The position numbers were made by a program, and so were the translations under genes. This document shows positions 51,199 through 64,000 of a stretch of DNA of 64,000 nucleotides, one piece after another (position 1 is the first letter of the stretch; each line of letters begins with the position of its first letter). The notes beneath the pieces were generated by a model. It was not told the origin of the DNA. It searched no databases and saw nothing but the letters and a program-made list of their open reading frames with translations. This DNA is from Carcharhinus amblyrhynchos (taxonomy: Eukaryota): positions 52,638,001 to 52,702,000 of the forward strand of contig OZ336881.1 in NCBI GenBank assembly GCA_965287045.1, given 5' to 3'.

Positions 51199-53986
51199 AA
51201 ATTAGGCTATGCCTAACGAACAGCTCCTCCTGCCACCTCTGCCACAGCTACTCCCAGCCCCCGCTATGTGCCACTCCAATCAACCTCCCAATTCTCATCC
51301 ACTCCACCTTCCACACTTACCTGAGGGCAGCTGTCAACTGGTAACCAGATCAAAACATAATGGGATAACTGGTTTATAAAGGCAATTTCTACTTGAAGTC
51401 TATAATGGGAATATATGACAAAATAGCATGATGAAAAGATAGGTGATTAAAAACTAAGGTTCGTAAGCTTCCCTATGGACGCTGTACTCTGAAGACCAAA
51501 ACGAGAACCACTGAGTAACAGCAGAGAACACATGGTGCACTGATAGACCTTCCAAGTGCAATGATGGGATTACAAAAGAGAGTAGAGAATTCTGCTTCAC
51601 GCATGAATGAAGTGATGTTTCAGGACATTGCTTTTCAATAGATAGGAGTGACCAGTTCTCTGGAACATTTTGAGTGGGATTTTCCAGCCTCACTTGCCCC
51701 AATACCAGAAAATCCCACCCGAGGTCAACGGACCTTTCCATGGTCAGCCCCTGGCCTGCTCCAATTTCCATAGCAGATGGGATGGCAAAATTCCAGCCCA
51801 AATGTTGCAACCCAGTGAGTTGATGCACAGCTTGACCAAGCCAGGCACATTCTGAGAGTGCCAAAATGGCTGGCACCTTAAATAGGATGACAGATAAGTT
51901 AGCCTCAGCTTTACAGTGCCATACAAATCTGCTCCATAGTGTTAGACAACACAGTGATGATAGATGGGAAACGTAGCTAGTCCATGAAAAGGATGGTGGC
52001 ATAGTGGACATGAAGCACTTCCACTTCTCACCCATTACCTACTTACTTAAATAAGAACATCCCTGACAACAATGTGAGCAGCTAGTTATGCACTGCCTAA
52101 CTCACTTTCCTTCTCATCTTCTTCTTCTTCCTCAGCCTCAGAACTATAACGGGTGATTTCCACTCTGAGCCTTATTTTTCTTGCAGGTCCAAATCTCACT
52201 ACTGTGTTCTGCATAGTACACAATACCCACATTGGAGATCCCACTCCTGCATTCTGAAAAATTAGTCCAGCTCAGTCTATGCACCAAAAAAGTAACTTGA
52301 ATATGCCAATGGCTGTTCCACCACATATCTTGTGGTCATATGGCCTTCACTATGGGACTGTTGGGCTCTGTTATTCAGATTTTTTTTATTCAATCATGGG
52401 ACATGGGCGTCGCATTTATTGCCCATCCCTAGTTGCCCTTGAAAAGATGGTGGTGAGCTTCTTGAATTACTACGGTCCACGGGTGTTCTGTTGGGTGTCA
52501 TCAGGTTAGTTTGAAATGGTTATCCCCTGTCTTGTCTCTTAACTGTGCTACCAGATGCTAAAAATCTCAAGATGCTTTGACTATCGTATGTTGTAAACAT
52601 TATAATCGCGCTCAACAAATATTACACAACCTTCAGAAAAACCCTCCTGTGATTGCACATCAGCCATACATTGATAAAATGGAAGCACTGGGAGTTCACA
52701 AATTCTCTAAATGTTGCTCTAAATGTTCAAGGATTGCCACGCATGTGCAGTCAATGGTGACCTGCACCTGTGGGAAACCAAGCAAAGGTGAAAAATGGAG
52801 TGCCTTCTCATTCTGACTGGCATTGCTACAGGTGAAATTCAGATAATTGCTGGCCCTGCTTATCATATACCAGTCCTATGTATATGTGGACTGCCAACTG
52901 GAAACCCTAAATGTGTGTTCAGCAGAGTCCTCCACTTTGTTACTTTGATGACGATTTTCCATTCCCCCACCCCGCCGCAACATTTTCCAGTGGCGGAGGC
53001 TGCACGCCATTGGGCACTGGCAAAATCTTCCAGTGCTGCTGAAATCTGTACCATTTTGTGTAGTTCATCTGTCTCACCGCCAGGGATCCCACCACAAGGG
53101 CTTTTGCTGGGACCAGAAGATCCCACTGGTGGAAAGACTGAAAAATCCCTCTCATGCTGTCTTATCGAAAGATTTTGGAAAGACTAGCTAGCCAGAGAGT
53201 TGTGTGTTTCATGACCCACAATCTTGGTGACTTCTTCAATAAATACAAATGGAACAATTAGTTGTGAGTTGTTCGAAGAGTAGGTTAAGTGGTCCCGTTC
53301 TCTGCTGTAAACTTAAATGGTTTCATTAGAGACCCGATACGTGTTGAAAATTGAGATACCACATTGGTGCTTCCAGAGGTGTCCTTCTGAGCTTGTTAGA
53401 TATGCCAAAGTGATATTTCATTCTATATTTATTCCATGCTATGTATGGCATGAAAGATCCATCATGCCTTAAAATAGTTCAGCACCTAAGTGTTGAAGTC
53501 CTAAAACAGAACACAATGGTAATTTAGTTACATGTAGCCCCGCATTGCATTATCCGAGGTGATTCTCCTTAACGTTCTTAGTTTTGTCAACATTTTTTAC
53601 CTTTCACTGGTTTGTTACACTAAACAGAAGGATATTTCCACATAATCAGCTGATGAAGCTGTAATTAACACTACTTTCCTCTTCAAAATCTGAAGCTGCA
53701 AATTAAGTGTGAATAGCTTATTTAATTTAATGCAGTCATACTTAAATTTTCTGGATGACTATTCCTAATAACATAAAAATTACATCATTAACTAGTATAA
53801 TGAGAATTTTGCACTTATCAGAAAGTGCTATATTTTACACAACTGCCTGATGACAATATGGCTAAAACATATCAAGACATATAACAATTTCTTTGCATCC
53901 ATCAAGAAGTCAAAATTCAACTTTGTTTATGTTAATTGCTGTTTGCTCTCTAGATATGTGTAATATGGCAGATGATTTAATAGTAC

Positions 53987-54131
53987 CTGCAGCTAATGTT
54001 CGGCCTGAGCCTAGTTCACCTGTAATACATCCAATCCGATTACAGACAGTGATTGTAAAGTTGTAAATTCTGTAGGGTTTCAGACCTGTCACCAGGTAGA
54101 ATCGCTCCTCGGCTGTTGTTTTATGAAGCAC
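53987..54131 (-). CDS. USH2A: Usherin internal exon (FN3; about human exon 20)
   Basis: Acceptor tatacAG|GTG; VLHKTTAEERFYLVTGLKPYRIYNFTITVCNRIGCITGELGSGRTLAA, with the GLKPYRIY motif of usherin. Donor G|GTACT. 145 nt, phase 0 to 1. Confidence 0.96.
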
Positions 54132-55484
54132 CTGTATACAAAATAAATATAGTCAATGTTATGATCTTATCTCCCCAAAAAATTGCATTATTTGAAGCAT
54201 AGATAAAAGATGGTAGCTTTTTATATTCATGATAACATTGACGCTTCTGATATTGATATGTTATCCCTAATACAAGAATTTACCATAACAGCTCGCAAAG
54301 CAAGGATATTTGTTTTAAATTCAAATAGGAAGGCTATGCTTTACTGAAGATATCTTTCTTTTCTGGTTAATCTCCTGCGATAATGCTCATAGATAATTTG
54401 GGAACTGGAACATGCTTATGACATTTAACTGTTAAGGTGGAGCCGTGTTTAATTTGGCTTAGCCCCTTAATGTTACTGTTCAGGCAAATGGTCTAAATAG
54501 GCATATTTCAAGGGGTCAATCTTCTGTAGATCGGCAGCTTCACATGCCTTCCTGTTTTCTTTTACCTTCCTGGAGAGAAAGAAGCAAAGTGAATGAGAGT
54601 AGATGGTGTGTTGGGGTGGTGGTGGTGGGGGCGGGGGGTGGGGGGCTGCAGGTTGTGATGGTGGTGATGGCAGTGAGAGGAGGATGGAGAGAAAAACAAT
54701 GGTGAAAGGCAAAAGTGAGGGACGAGAGAAGACAGTGTGTGGGGAAGGTGGGATTAGGAGGGGGATGGGGAGTTTGACTTAATGGAGTTAGTGGGGCGTG
54801 TTACAGACAGGGTGAGAGAGATCTACTGAAATATCTATTCCCTTCTGTACTGCCTGTAATCAATGAGCTCGTGTAAGGAAGATGTGTGTGTTTCTTAACC
54901 TCTGAGCGTGTGGACAATTTGAGTGAACAGCAGCAAGCTTTCCACGGTCTAAATTAAGAGGATTGTTTATTTAAACATCCACCCCAAAATGTAACACTAC
55001 GTCGCTCACACAGAATTTCACACGCACAAACAAACTGAAGAAAAGTGCAGTTCAAGAAAAGAGTGCACTTTTAAAAGTTATGGCTGAAAGGAATAGTTCA
55101 TAATTTCATGCGATTGTCCTGCTCTGGGAAACATACGTTACAGGACTGATGAAAATGATGTCAAATTCTAGATGTACAGTTTATGGAAGTTCAATCACTG
55201 GGGTGAAATGCCAAAGTGGTTTTCAGGATCCACTCAAAGAGATTAACATTCTGCAGGTCGTGGAGTCAGCTGCTTGTAGTCACATTACCAGGTCAGTTTT
55301 CTATATTGCTGTATCCGATAAAAAACAGGCTTGGAGAACTTGTTATGTGACTGTCTCCAGTTCTTAAAACATAGTTGTTTCTGTTGTTACTGTGCATTTC
55401 AGTGGGCAATGCTTAAAGACTAAAAAGAGAGACCAACACAACTGTCCCACCATATGACTTCTAACAATTCTCTTTTCCAAATAT

Positions 55485-55773
55485 GGATCAGGATTCTCCC
55501 AAAAAATTTGGGAAAACGGGAGTAACTCCTGCCAATTTTTTTAGTGTGATTTTCAGAATGAATCTCTGGCACTCTGAGTACTGCAGAGTGTCTCAGCAGG
55601 ATTCCCTCAGAAAATCAGGGGACGGGGCTTATTCTCGCCTGAGAGGCCAGCAGCACAGTGCTGAGCGGGCCGCTGTGGATGCGCCGATCTCTGCTCTCAG
55701 ACATCTTTCCACCCCTGAAATTTCACACTTCCCTCGTTCCCCCCTCTGCTGGTGGGGAGCTAAAATTCTGGCC
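55485..55773. mobile_element. Short, internally deleted member of the GC-rich TIR family
   Basis: ggatcaggattctccc...aaaattctggccc; left part homologous to 33008-33240. Confidence 0.6.
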
Positions 55774-57935
55774 CATAGTTTAAAAGTTATGAATTTGACA
55801 ACCCTTTACTGGACTTGGTAGCAGACGTGTTTGAGTGAGAAAGCTGGCCTTTGGCTACAAGGTCGTGAGATGTGCAATTTCGATCATTAAAACAATAGTC
55901 AGTGTTTCTGTTTAATTGGAGGTAGGGATGTCAGTCTTGGAGTTAGAGAAATAGTTTCTTCCATGAACATCTCTGCCCCATTACCTTGCTTTCCACCTGA
56001 ACACATACCTGTTGACATAATGTTTTATCACTTGTCCTAATATCTCTTTTTGTGGCTCAGTGTCAAATTTTGTCTTAAATTGCTCATGTGTCTTTAGTAT
56101 TTTACAGTGCAAAATGTGTGATTCTATATTAACATTGTTGCTGTATGCTTCATTGTCAGCTAGTTGAATCTTTGGCCTCAGTATTCAGATTGACATTATT
56201 GCTGCTCTACCTAGATGACTTTACAAAATTCTCTGACTACTTTGACAGGTGTGTCTTTATTTTGATAACTTCAATCAGGGTTGAAATTAATGTCTGTTGA
56301 ATTCACAAGTTATTTTACACTTCTGTGCACTCATTCTGACAGCTTTTGAAAAGCCACAATCACAATTTTCTTGAAAGGTACAGCTGAGGAATATTATGGG
56401 TTCCGTTCGGAGCTGTCATTTAACATTAGTTGCTGCCTTATTGTTCTCAATTTATTGCGTAATGACATGTACACAGTGCCAGCTACCTTTGAGATTGTGA
56501 GACCCACTTACATTTTTAATATACACAATTTGAAAACATTTGCTCTCACGTGGGGTGGGATTTTCTGGCTGCGCTTGACCCAATGCCGGAAAATTCCGCC
56601 TGAGGTCAACAAAGCTTTGGATGGTCCACTCCCCACCCCTCCCCTCCACACATCTGCTACGATTCCTGTGGAGGGCGTGCAGGGAAAATTCCTCCCCATG
56701 GCTTTGCACATGTGCAATTGAAGATCAAACGTTGGGGGAATTTTAACAAACGTTGGATGTTAGAATGAAAACTATTGGTTTCACTTAGACCGTGGCATAA
56801 CTATGGCAAAAGGGGACCATCAGTGGATCTAAGTGCTAGACGTCATTAAGTCCGGACAACTGACTTCTTGCTTGGAACAGGAGTAAACTGAACTGGAAGC
56901 AGCCACTTGCCTGCTTGTGGAAATTTGGATGGCCCTTGGGCAATTGTCAACATTCAGAGGACTCAGGGTTTTGAGAAGGTTGGACTTGAGAGAATTCGTA
57001 GTGAGCTATCTGATCCAGGATGAGTGGCCTAAACACTTCTGCTGCCCCCATCCTTTCAAAGGAAGTTAAAACACTGAAAACTCTTTTGTTTCTGATCCTC
57101 TTCTGTCATCAATGAGAAAGCCATGGCACTTTTCTCAGCCAGGCAGGACATAATTTAACGGTCGGGGCCTAGTGATAGCATCAGGTCCCAACCTGTTTCC
57201 TCAAACACTGCCCACTGACAGCTGGTGGGAGCATGTGCAGCCTGTTTAGATGAGCTGTCTAGTAGAACCTCTGGCTAAATTGAATTTTTGAGTTTGAAAT
57301 GCATGGATAAAGGTGAGCTCAAGTCAACAGTGACCTAACCTTGCGAGAAACCGACTGAGTCAGAAGTACCAGGCGTAAGCTGACAACCAATCCAATCAAG
57401 TCAATTTTCTGTCAAGTAGGCAGGTGGTGACACCACACTCATAGCCAGAATAAAGGAAGGATGAGAGCCTATGGCAGGCATATAACTGAACGTAAATGAG
57501 GCAACAACCAACAGATGGCAGTGGAAAAATCAAGGCTAGAAACACTGAGATAGAGAGAGTGGGCAATTCCAAGTCACTTGGCTAGATGATAAACACCAAA
57601 ATTACATCCAAGACTTGGAGCATTATACATGACCAGTGACTTATGTAACTTCTGGGAAGTCCAAAAGTGCCAGCATGAAGCTGGAAAAAAAATGCATTTC
57701 AGTCATCACCATAGGGGGTTGTACACTTTGCTTGCAAGAGTTGGATTCGGAGGAAAGAGGATGGGACCAAACTTTGAAATGTAGGTATTGCAGAGAATGT
57801 TCTGCATCAACTGCTTGGAAAGAAAGATGGATGAATGGGTTAGATCAAAAGTCAAAGTTCAGGAATCAAAATGGTTACTAATTAAGGCTAGAGAAAGAAA
57901 AATAGCCAAGTATAGACATAGGAAATAAAGACTGA

Positions 57936-60319
57936 GGGCTTGATTTTAACATCAAGTTGCACCCATTTTCAGGCATGAAAACTTGGTAAAGTCAGACATG
58001 AGGCAAGTAGCGTGATCTGTGACCACATCTGTGCAAGTTCCTCCCTTTACCAAGTGCCTAATATGGCCGCGATCAGGACCACACCCAAAACGGGCTTGAC
58101 GGCAATTTAAATTGAATTAATGGGCTGCACGCCCAATTTTACCAGCACTTCCCTCTTTACCATTGCATTCGCCAATTAGGAATCAGTGCAAATTAGTCAT
58201 GCTCAATAGAAGTCCAATTCAGGCGCTCCATCAGTGAGAAGATAAATGTATAGCATCCGATGACACTCTGTTACTCACAGGTGTCCTGTTGTTCTGTCCA
58301 TTTTCTGCCTCAGGTTGGTGGTGACTTTGCAAATGTATGGGGGTATGGGGGGGGGGGCTGTTGCTCTGCAGGGTCTCCGATGTCCGACTTGTAGCACGAA
58401 CCTGGGTCTCAGCATTGACCTTGTGGTGCTGCTGAGTCCTAGTGCACTCAGCTCACTTCCAGCTGAAGGATGTGCACAAAGTCCTCGCAAATAGCACTGT
58501 GGCAGCCTCTCAACTTTGCAAGGAGATGTGATTGTGGGGAGCATGTGGCTGGGGGAATTGGGGGATCTGTGACTGTGGGGAGCATGTGGCTGGGGGAATT
58601 GGGAGGGGCATGAACAGTGATTGTTGATGTGTTAAGGGCAAGCAGCATTCCATAACCTCGACATGTGATCCTCTCCATCTCCTGTCTCCACCGCCTCCAT
58701 CCCACTCCCTCCACCTTCAGAGTAATAACATGGCTTTTTCTATGCAACTAATTGATCTTGCTGTTCTTTTGGTTGCTGTTGGAACAGGAGGAAGAATTGC
58801 AGGCACAGGGGGCCTAAGCCTTACCACTTCCAAGACCAGAGGGAGATGACCGCCAGAGGCAGGAGGTGGCCATCATTCACCCAGAGGAGGGGTGCAGGAG
58901 AAGAAGGGAGCAGAGACACCAGCAGTCCTGTGTGTGAGTGTCCTTCGAGCAGATGTCGGACACTGTATGCCGCTGACGTCTCCAACTCTGAAAGGAGACT
59001 GTGCAACACCTGTGCAACCTGTTGTAGGACCTAGCACCCAGAAGCAGTGGGGTGGGGGCAGGAGGGAGCACCCACTCTTGGTGGCTACCAAATTGACGGC
59101 TGCTCTAAACTTCTACGCGGCTGGTTCTTTCCAGATCGCAGCGGAAATGTCTGTGGCATCTCCCAGTCTGCCAATCTGCCATGCACACCTGCGTAAGACA
59201 GGTCACTGAAGCCCTGTATGCCTGGCTAGCCAGTTCATCAACTTCAATCTGGATCAGGCGCAGCAGGAAAATGGGCTGCAGGGTTCGCAGCCATAGTGGG
59301 TTGCCTAAAGTGCAGGGGGTGCTTGACTGCACATACGTCTCCCTCAAGGGCCCCCCCCCTACAGAATCTGTGGAGATTTGTAAATAGGAAGGTGTTCCAT
59401 TCCCTGAACGTTCAGCTAGTGTGTGACCATAATCTAATCATCATGCACGTCTGTGCCAGACATCCAGGTAGCGTGCATGACAGCTTCATTGTCAGGAGTT
59501 CGGACATCCCAGAGACATTCGAGGAAGAGCCCAGGCCTGCGGGGGTGGCTCGTGGGTGATATGGATTACCCACTTCGGACATGGCTTATGAAGCCTGTGC
59601 GGAGGCCTGTGCCTGAGGTTGAGACCTGCTATAATGATGCCCATGTAGCCACCCACGCAATAGTGGAGAGGTGCACTGGTTTCCTCAAAATGCGATTACA
59701 TTGCCTGGACCGATCAGGCAGGGCCCTCCAATACAGACCAGTGATCTGTTCCAGCACTGCGGTTGTGTGCTGTATCTTATACAATCAGGCTCTATAGAGA
59801 GGTGACGTCTTGAAGGAGGATGTGGAGGCTGACCAGCCGGAGGGAGAGGAAGAGGAGGAGGAGGAAGATAAGGAAGAGCATGCCAAGGAACACAAACCAA
59901 GCACTGGAGAGCTGGCAGCCCAAATGAGATACACAAGGGTAGCAAGTGAGGCCCTGATCAACAGACGGTCTGGGTGGCAGGCAGGTGGGGGGGATTAGGG
60001 GGTGAGTAATGTTGTGGAGTTGGGGCAATGGCTGTGGGGGCCAGGGCAAGGTATTATCCAAGCCGGGTGTGGTGTGGTAAGGGAGCAGCATTCTATCATT
60101 TTTTTGATGCGCATGCACAGTTAGAGGTGCCGATCAGAGCTGCTATATTTTGGGCGTGATAAGCCCTGCCCACAGGCTTGTGCAGTGAGATTCAGAATCG
60201 CTGTTTTTTTCAGGCAGAGTGCTTATGGGTGCGCTGGAGAATGGGTCTAAAAGTTGGATCTGAAACACTCCCAGAGTCAAGTCCGCCCAGCACTTAGAAT
60301 CAAAATGGTGAAACTGGCC
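57936..60319 (+). mobile_element. PIF/Harbinger DNA transposon with frameshifted transposase
   Basis: 58850-59960: VATKLTAALNFYAAGSFQ, GLPKVQGVLDCTYV, FVNRKVFHSLNVQLVCD, ARHPGSVHDSFI, WLVGDMDYPL, YNDAHVATHAIVERCTGFLKMR and an acidic tail, all HARBI1-family DDE motifs, split over several frames. Imperfect TIRs flanked by tga on both sides. Confidence 0.9.
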
Positions 60320-61218
60320 TGAAAGTCTTGGCTCGAATTTTAAGAATGGCAAGCGATCAGCATTTGCCATCTCAAGAGTTGGCATCAAACAAACAGCTGC
60401 CGACTCTCTTACCTCCCAACGCCATTTAACATTCACTTGAGCACTGATTGACGGTGAGTGGGACTTCCGTTCATCCTTGGAAGGAAGTCCCATCCGTGAG
60501 AGCTGTCAGCTGATCTATTTGGCCAACAGATCTTCAACCTTCAATCTTCAAGTACAGAAGTTTCCTTGAGGAGCTAGTTGTAAAACTGAGGTGCTTCAGT
60601 GCCACCACTGGTAGGAGAGTATATTAGAATGTGATCATTGTAAGTGAGAAGTTTTCACTGCAGGAATTTATATTAGGAATGTAACGGGTGGAGAATTATT
60701 TTATACATTAGAATTATCTACATTTACGGCCACAAGAACAACAAAGTGTAAGAGGTGAGAACAATTGTTTAAATACACACCCTTCATGTCTTGAGATGAA
60801 ATGCATCCCAGATTGATGAGATGTGTCTTTTTTACCTGCCTGCTTTATAGATCCTAAATGAGATGAATCTAGTTCCTAGTGAGCTTGAACTCACAATATA
60901 TCAAGTGTCATTATCTAGGTACTAAAATTTGGAATTCTGAAGCTCATGGTTCATTTCAGAGAGAGAGAGTCTCACCCTGCAGTAAGCCATGTCAATCACA
61001 TGTGTAATTACATCTGATTTTGGAGTGCTTAACACTGAAATTGAGTACACAAAAATACATTCAGTTTCGCAGCACTAACATTCCTCGGTTTGAGCACTCT
61101 AAAAATTCACCAGAAATTGTAAGAAAAAAACAAAAGTTAGTTACATTTTATTAGCGTGTTCTGTCGCTCAAAACTATCAAACTAATTAAGGAAAAACACC
61201 TATGAAGAAGACTCTTAC

Positions 61219-61385
61219 TCGTGAAAGTGGCAGCACAAATTGATCAGTCGTCTGCTCATCATCAATGTTGATAATATATCCAATCACTTCTCCTCTTATT
61301 GAACTGCTGTTTGGTTGCGCCCACGTGACATTTAAAGCAGATGATGAAAGTGAGAAAACTGATGGTGCAGCCATAAACAAGGGTG
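61219..61385 (-). CDS. USH2A: Usherin internal exon (FN3; about human exon 19)
   Basis: Acceptor ccttttAG|CA CCC; APLFMAAPSVFSLSSSALNVTWAQPNSSSIRGEVIGYIINI...PLSR. Donor CGA|GTAAGA. 167 nt, phase 1 to 0, compatible with both neighbours. Confidence 0.95.
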
Positions 61386-62985
61386 CTAAAAGGATTAAAG
61401 ACATGTCAACTTAAAAGAAGTTTCTGGTACATCAAATGATAAGGCAAAAATATTTGCAGAAAGTATCTGTCTGTGGAAAACACTGAAAAGAAAGGAAAAT
61501 GTATACATTTGAATTACACCTTGTCATTGTCTGAAAATCTGTTTGACAGTAATGTTAAAGCTGACAGTAACAACATGAGATTTTCCATTTCATTTTCAAC
61601 AGTACATTCATCCTCTTTGACTTTTACCCAATTTAAAACTAGTTTATATGTAAACTTGTCAATCTAGCAATTTACTCAGGGGAACAAGTGTACTTTACCA
61701 AGGATGTTGCAGTTCAGAAACCTGTCAAGAAAAGCCTATAATATACTCCTTTTCATGTTCATTGTTGCTTAAGTAGCATCTATTGGAGATCAATACTGTC
61801 CATTAAAGAATAATTTTAGCTTTTCAGATTGAACCATATGTATTATTAAAGATGATATAGCAGTATGGTTATTGAATTCTCTTACACTCGAACTAAGACG
61901 CATATTAAAATATTCTAGACATATTGGCCAACACAGAGATAAATAGCCAAATTAATTTTCTGAAGCAGAGTATAAACATGTTGGAAAATAAACTTTCGTA
62001 ACTGATTAATTAACTATTGGTTTCCCTACAGTGGCATTGCTCGGGTCCAAATAAAAATATTTCTGATCTTAGAACTGATACTGTATTTCTTTTCCCTCCA
62101 CTAATTATTTTCCTATGTTTTGTGTTGTCTTTCAGTTTGCCTTCTTATCTCTCCCTCTTTCCTCATTTCTCTTTATGGCTTCAAATACTTTTCTCCCTCT
62201 AGTACCTGTTGTCCAGATATTAACAGGGGCAGGTAAATTAAGCTGGGGCAGAGTCAGATAGGAAATTGGGAATTCCCCACATGGTGTGGAGTTTTAACGC
62301 CACAGAGTGTCTTCTGTCATTGACAGAATCCTTGTCTGGAAGTCAGCCTGACTGACAGGCTTACCTTCCAATCACACAGGGAGGACTCTGGCGTGAACCA
62401 CAGGGGTTGTCTACAGTGAAATTTTGGTTACCTTTAATCTCCAAAGTCATGCTGATATATTACAGTGGTTCATGCTCTGGATCATTGCACTGTTAAGAGG
62501 AGTTAAGAAAATGAATCCTACTTCTCATTATGAAATGGATTATGATGGTGAAATTGATCTGCAACAATAGCACAAATTGGGCTCGAAGTGAGTTGGCAGT
62601 TGGTTTTATGCCCTCTACTAAAAGAGAAATTACTTGTTGAAATGGTCTGAGTTTCTTTGTTTCATTTGAGAAATGAGCCAAACTGAGAAATAGCATTTCC
62701 ATGACTTTTTTTATCATGGAGAATGTTTCATCTAAAGAAAACCACTGAAAAAAAGTCTGGTGAAATGATACTGTCTGTGTGCTGTAACTAACCTGTGAGT
62801 ATATAGGATGATGTGGCATGGCTGTGTTTTTTTCTTAATTAAAAATACAACTGTCTTTTAAACTTTGAAGACTGTAAGATATCAATCAGATAAAATCTTT
62901 GACTGCAATGTTATTAAATAAAAGACAAATTACAATTATATTCATATATTATGCAAATCAGGTGATAAAATTTGTTAATACTAAC

Positions 62986-63258
62986 CAGCTTCTGCAGTTC
63001 TTCCCGATGCCCACTGTGAGGATGTACTGCCTGCCATACTAATTGTGTGCACTTGAAATTCATACACACTAAATGGTACCAGATTAGTAACTGTTGTATG
63101 AGTCTGTGGTGGAATTAACGCAGTTTCGTTAGGTGATCCTAAGGTTGATTGAGGATTATACCATCCACTGTCTTGAAAAATGCACCTTTGAGGAGGATCA
63201 TGTGACCCATCTGGTTGTAAGAGTCCTCGCATGTAGAGTTCATATCGAGTTATTATTC
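62986..63258 (-). CDS. USH2A: Usherin internal exon (FN3 repeat; about human exon 18)
   Basis: Acceptor ttcttaccAG|GA ATA ATA ACT CGA TAT; translates GIITRYELYMRG...FQDSGWYNPQS...NETALIPPQTHTTVTNLVPFSVYEFQVHTISMAGSTSSQWASGRTAEA, matching usherin. Donor G|GTTAG. 273 nt, phase 1 to 1. Confidence 0.95.
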
Positions 63259-63594
63259 CTGGTAAGAAATTTAGATTAGAAATTTATCTTTGTATGTTTT
63301 ACCTCTTCCCACTTACTCTTCAACAAATAATAACACACTGTACTGTACTTTCATGGTTACAAATTACAACTGTTAAAGTTAATTCAGATCCTGTTAAATC
63401 CAACAGGTCAAATCTCACTAGCCTACCATATATAGCCAGATGTGTGAATGGACAATATACATCTTTAACCAGACAAGATTTGGCAAATACAGAAAAATGT
63501 CAATTATCAACAAACAGTTCTATTTGTTCATGTGAATGATGGTTAAATCAAGCAATGTGATATAACTGAGAAACTGAAGATGAGAACTAAGAGT

Positions 63595-63970
63595 ATAACA
63601 ACAGGGGACACTGGAAAAACTCAGCAGATTTGGCAACATCTGTAGGGAAGGAAACAATTAATATTTCAAGTCTGTTTGGTTCTCCACCAGAACCAAAGAA
63701 AGGGAGAATGTATTGAATATTAAACTGTAGCTGTGAGGGATTGCAATGAGATGTAGCAACCTTAAGAACAAAAGTCAGATGACTAAGTGTCGTGGGTGGA
63801 GAGATAGGGTTGGGGTTGTGGTTGGTGCATGGAATGGGAAGGGAGGGCTTTTGCACTGAAATAATAAATGTATCAGATTTGTTATTGAAAGGGATTTAAG
63901 ATGCAGGAGAAATGTCATTGTCTCAAGCTGTTGAACATGACTTTAGAATGAGCTTCAGTCTGCAAACATG
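63595..63970. mobile_element. Penelope-like relic
   Basis: ctggaaaaactcagcagatttggcaacatctgt is the same arm as in the 26112-26312 insert. Confidence 0.5.
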
Positions 63971-64000
63971 ACCCCAACCTTCCTGTTGTGTGCCATTTTA

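Noticed and set aside
51454-52035. 193-aa minus-strand ORF
   Set aside because: It spans a MITE (51673-51799) and has no recognisable motifs. The flanks could merit a check, but I have no support for coding.
54600-54780. G-rich tract as a functional quadruplex or Pro-rich ORF
   Set aside because: Low-complexity sequence with no supporting evidence.
58527-58608. 41-bp unit repeated twice
   Set aside because: Simple local tandem duplication inside a transposon; not CRISPR-like.
58850-59960. Domesticated HARBI1 gene
   Set aside because: It has multiple frameshifts and TIR-like ends, and sits among other decayed copies. It is a transposon relic.

Overview
Eukaryotic, repeat-rich genomic DNA, almost certainly from a shark: it carries HE1-type V-SINEs, CR1 LINEs and Deu-domain SINE relics. 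The one clearly intact gene is usherin (USH2A) on the minus strand. Five internal coding exons (63258-62986, 61385-61219, 54131-53987, 32839-32609, 17602-17472) have canonical AG/GT ends and splice in frame. They encode FN3 repeats and the start of the first laminin-G domain, equivalent to human exons 18-22 (numbering from memory). The introns contain SINEs, CR1 fragments (one young copy with a nearly intact RT), Harbinger transposon relics with a family of related TIR elements, a decayed Gypsy element, Penelope-like fragments, a tRNA-Thr pseudogene and a U2-headed fragment. The most notable unexplained signal is a series of minus-strand, stop-poor reading frames in the non-repetitive intronic DNA from about 47.1 kb to 1.3 kb. 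Several begin at splice-acceptor-like sites, and two resume in frame once an inserted transposon is removed. I read these as relics of a large, unrecognised multi-exon gene interleaved with USH2A on the same strand. That is an inference from manual translation; I could not name the protein family. All alignments were done by eye, and TE boundaries are approximate unless a TSD or splice site is quoted.
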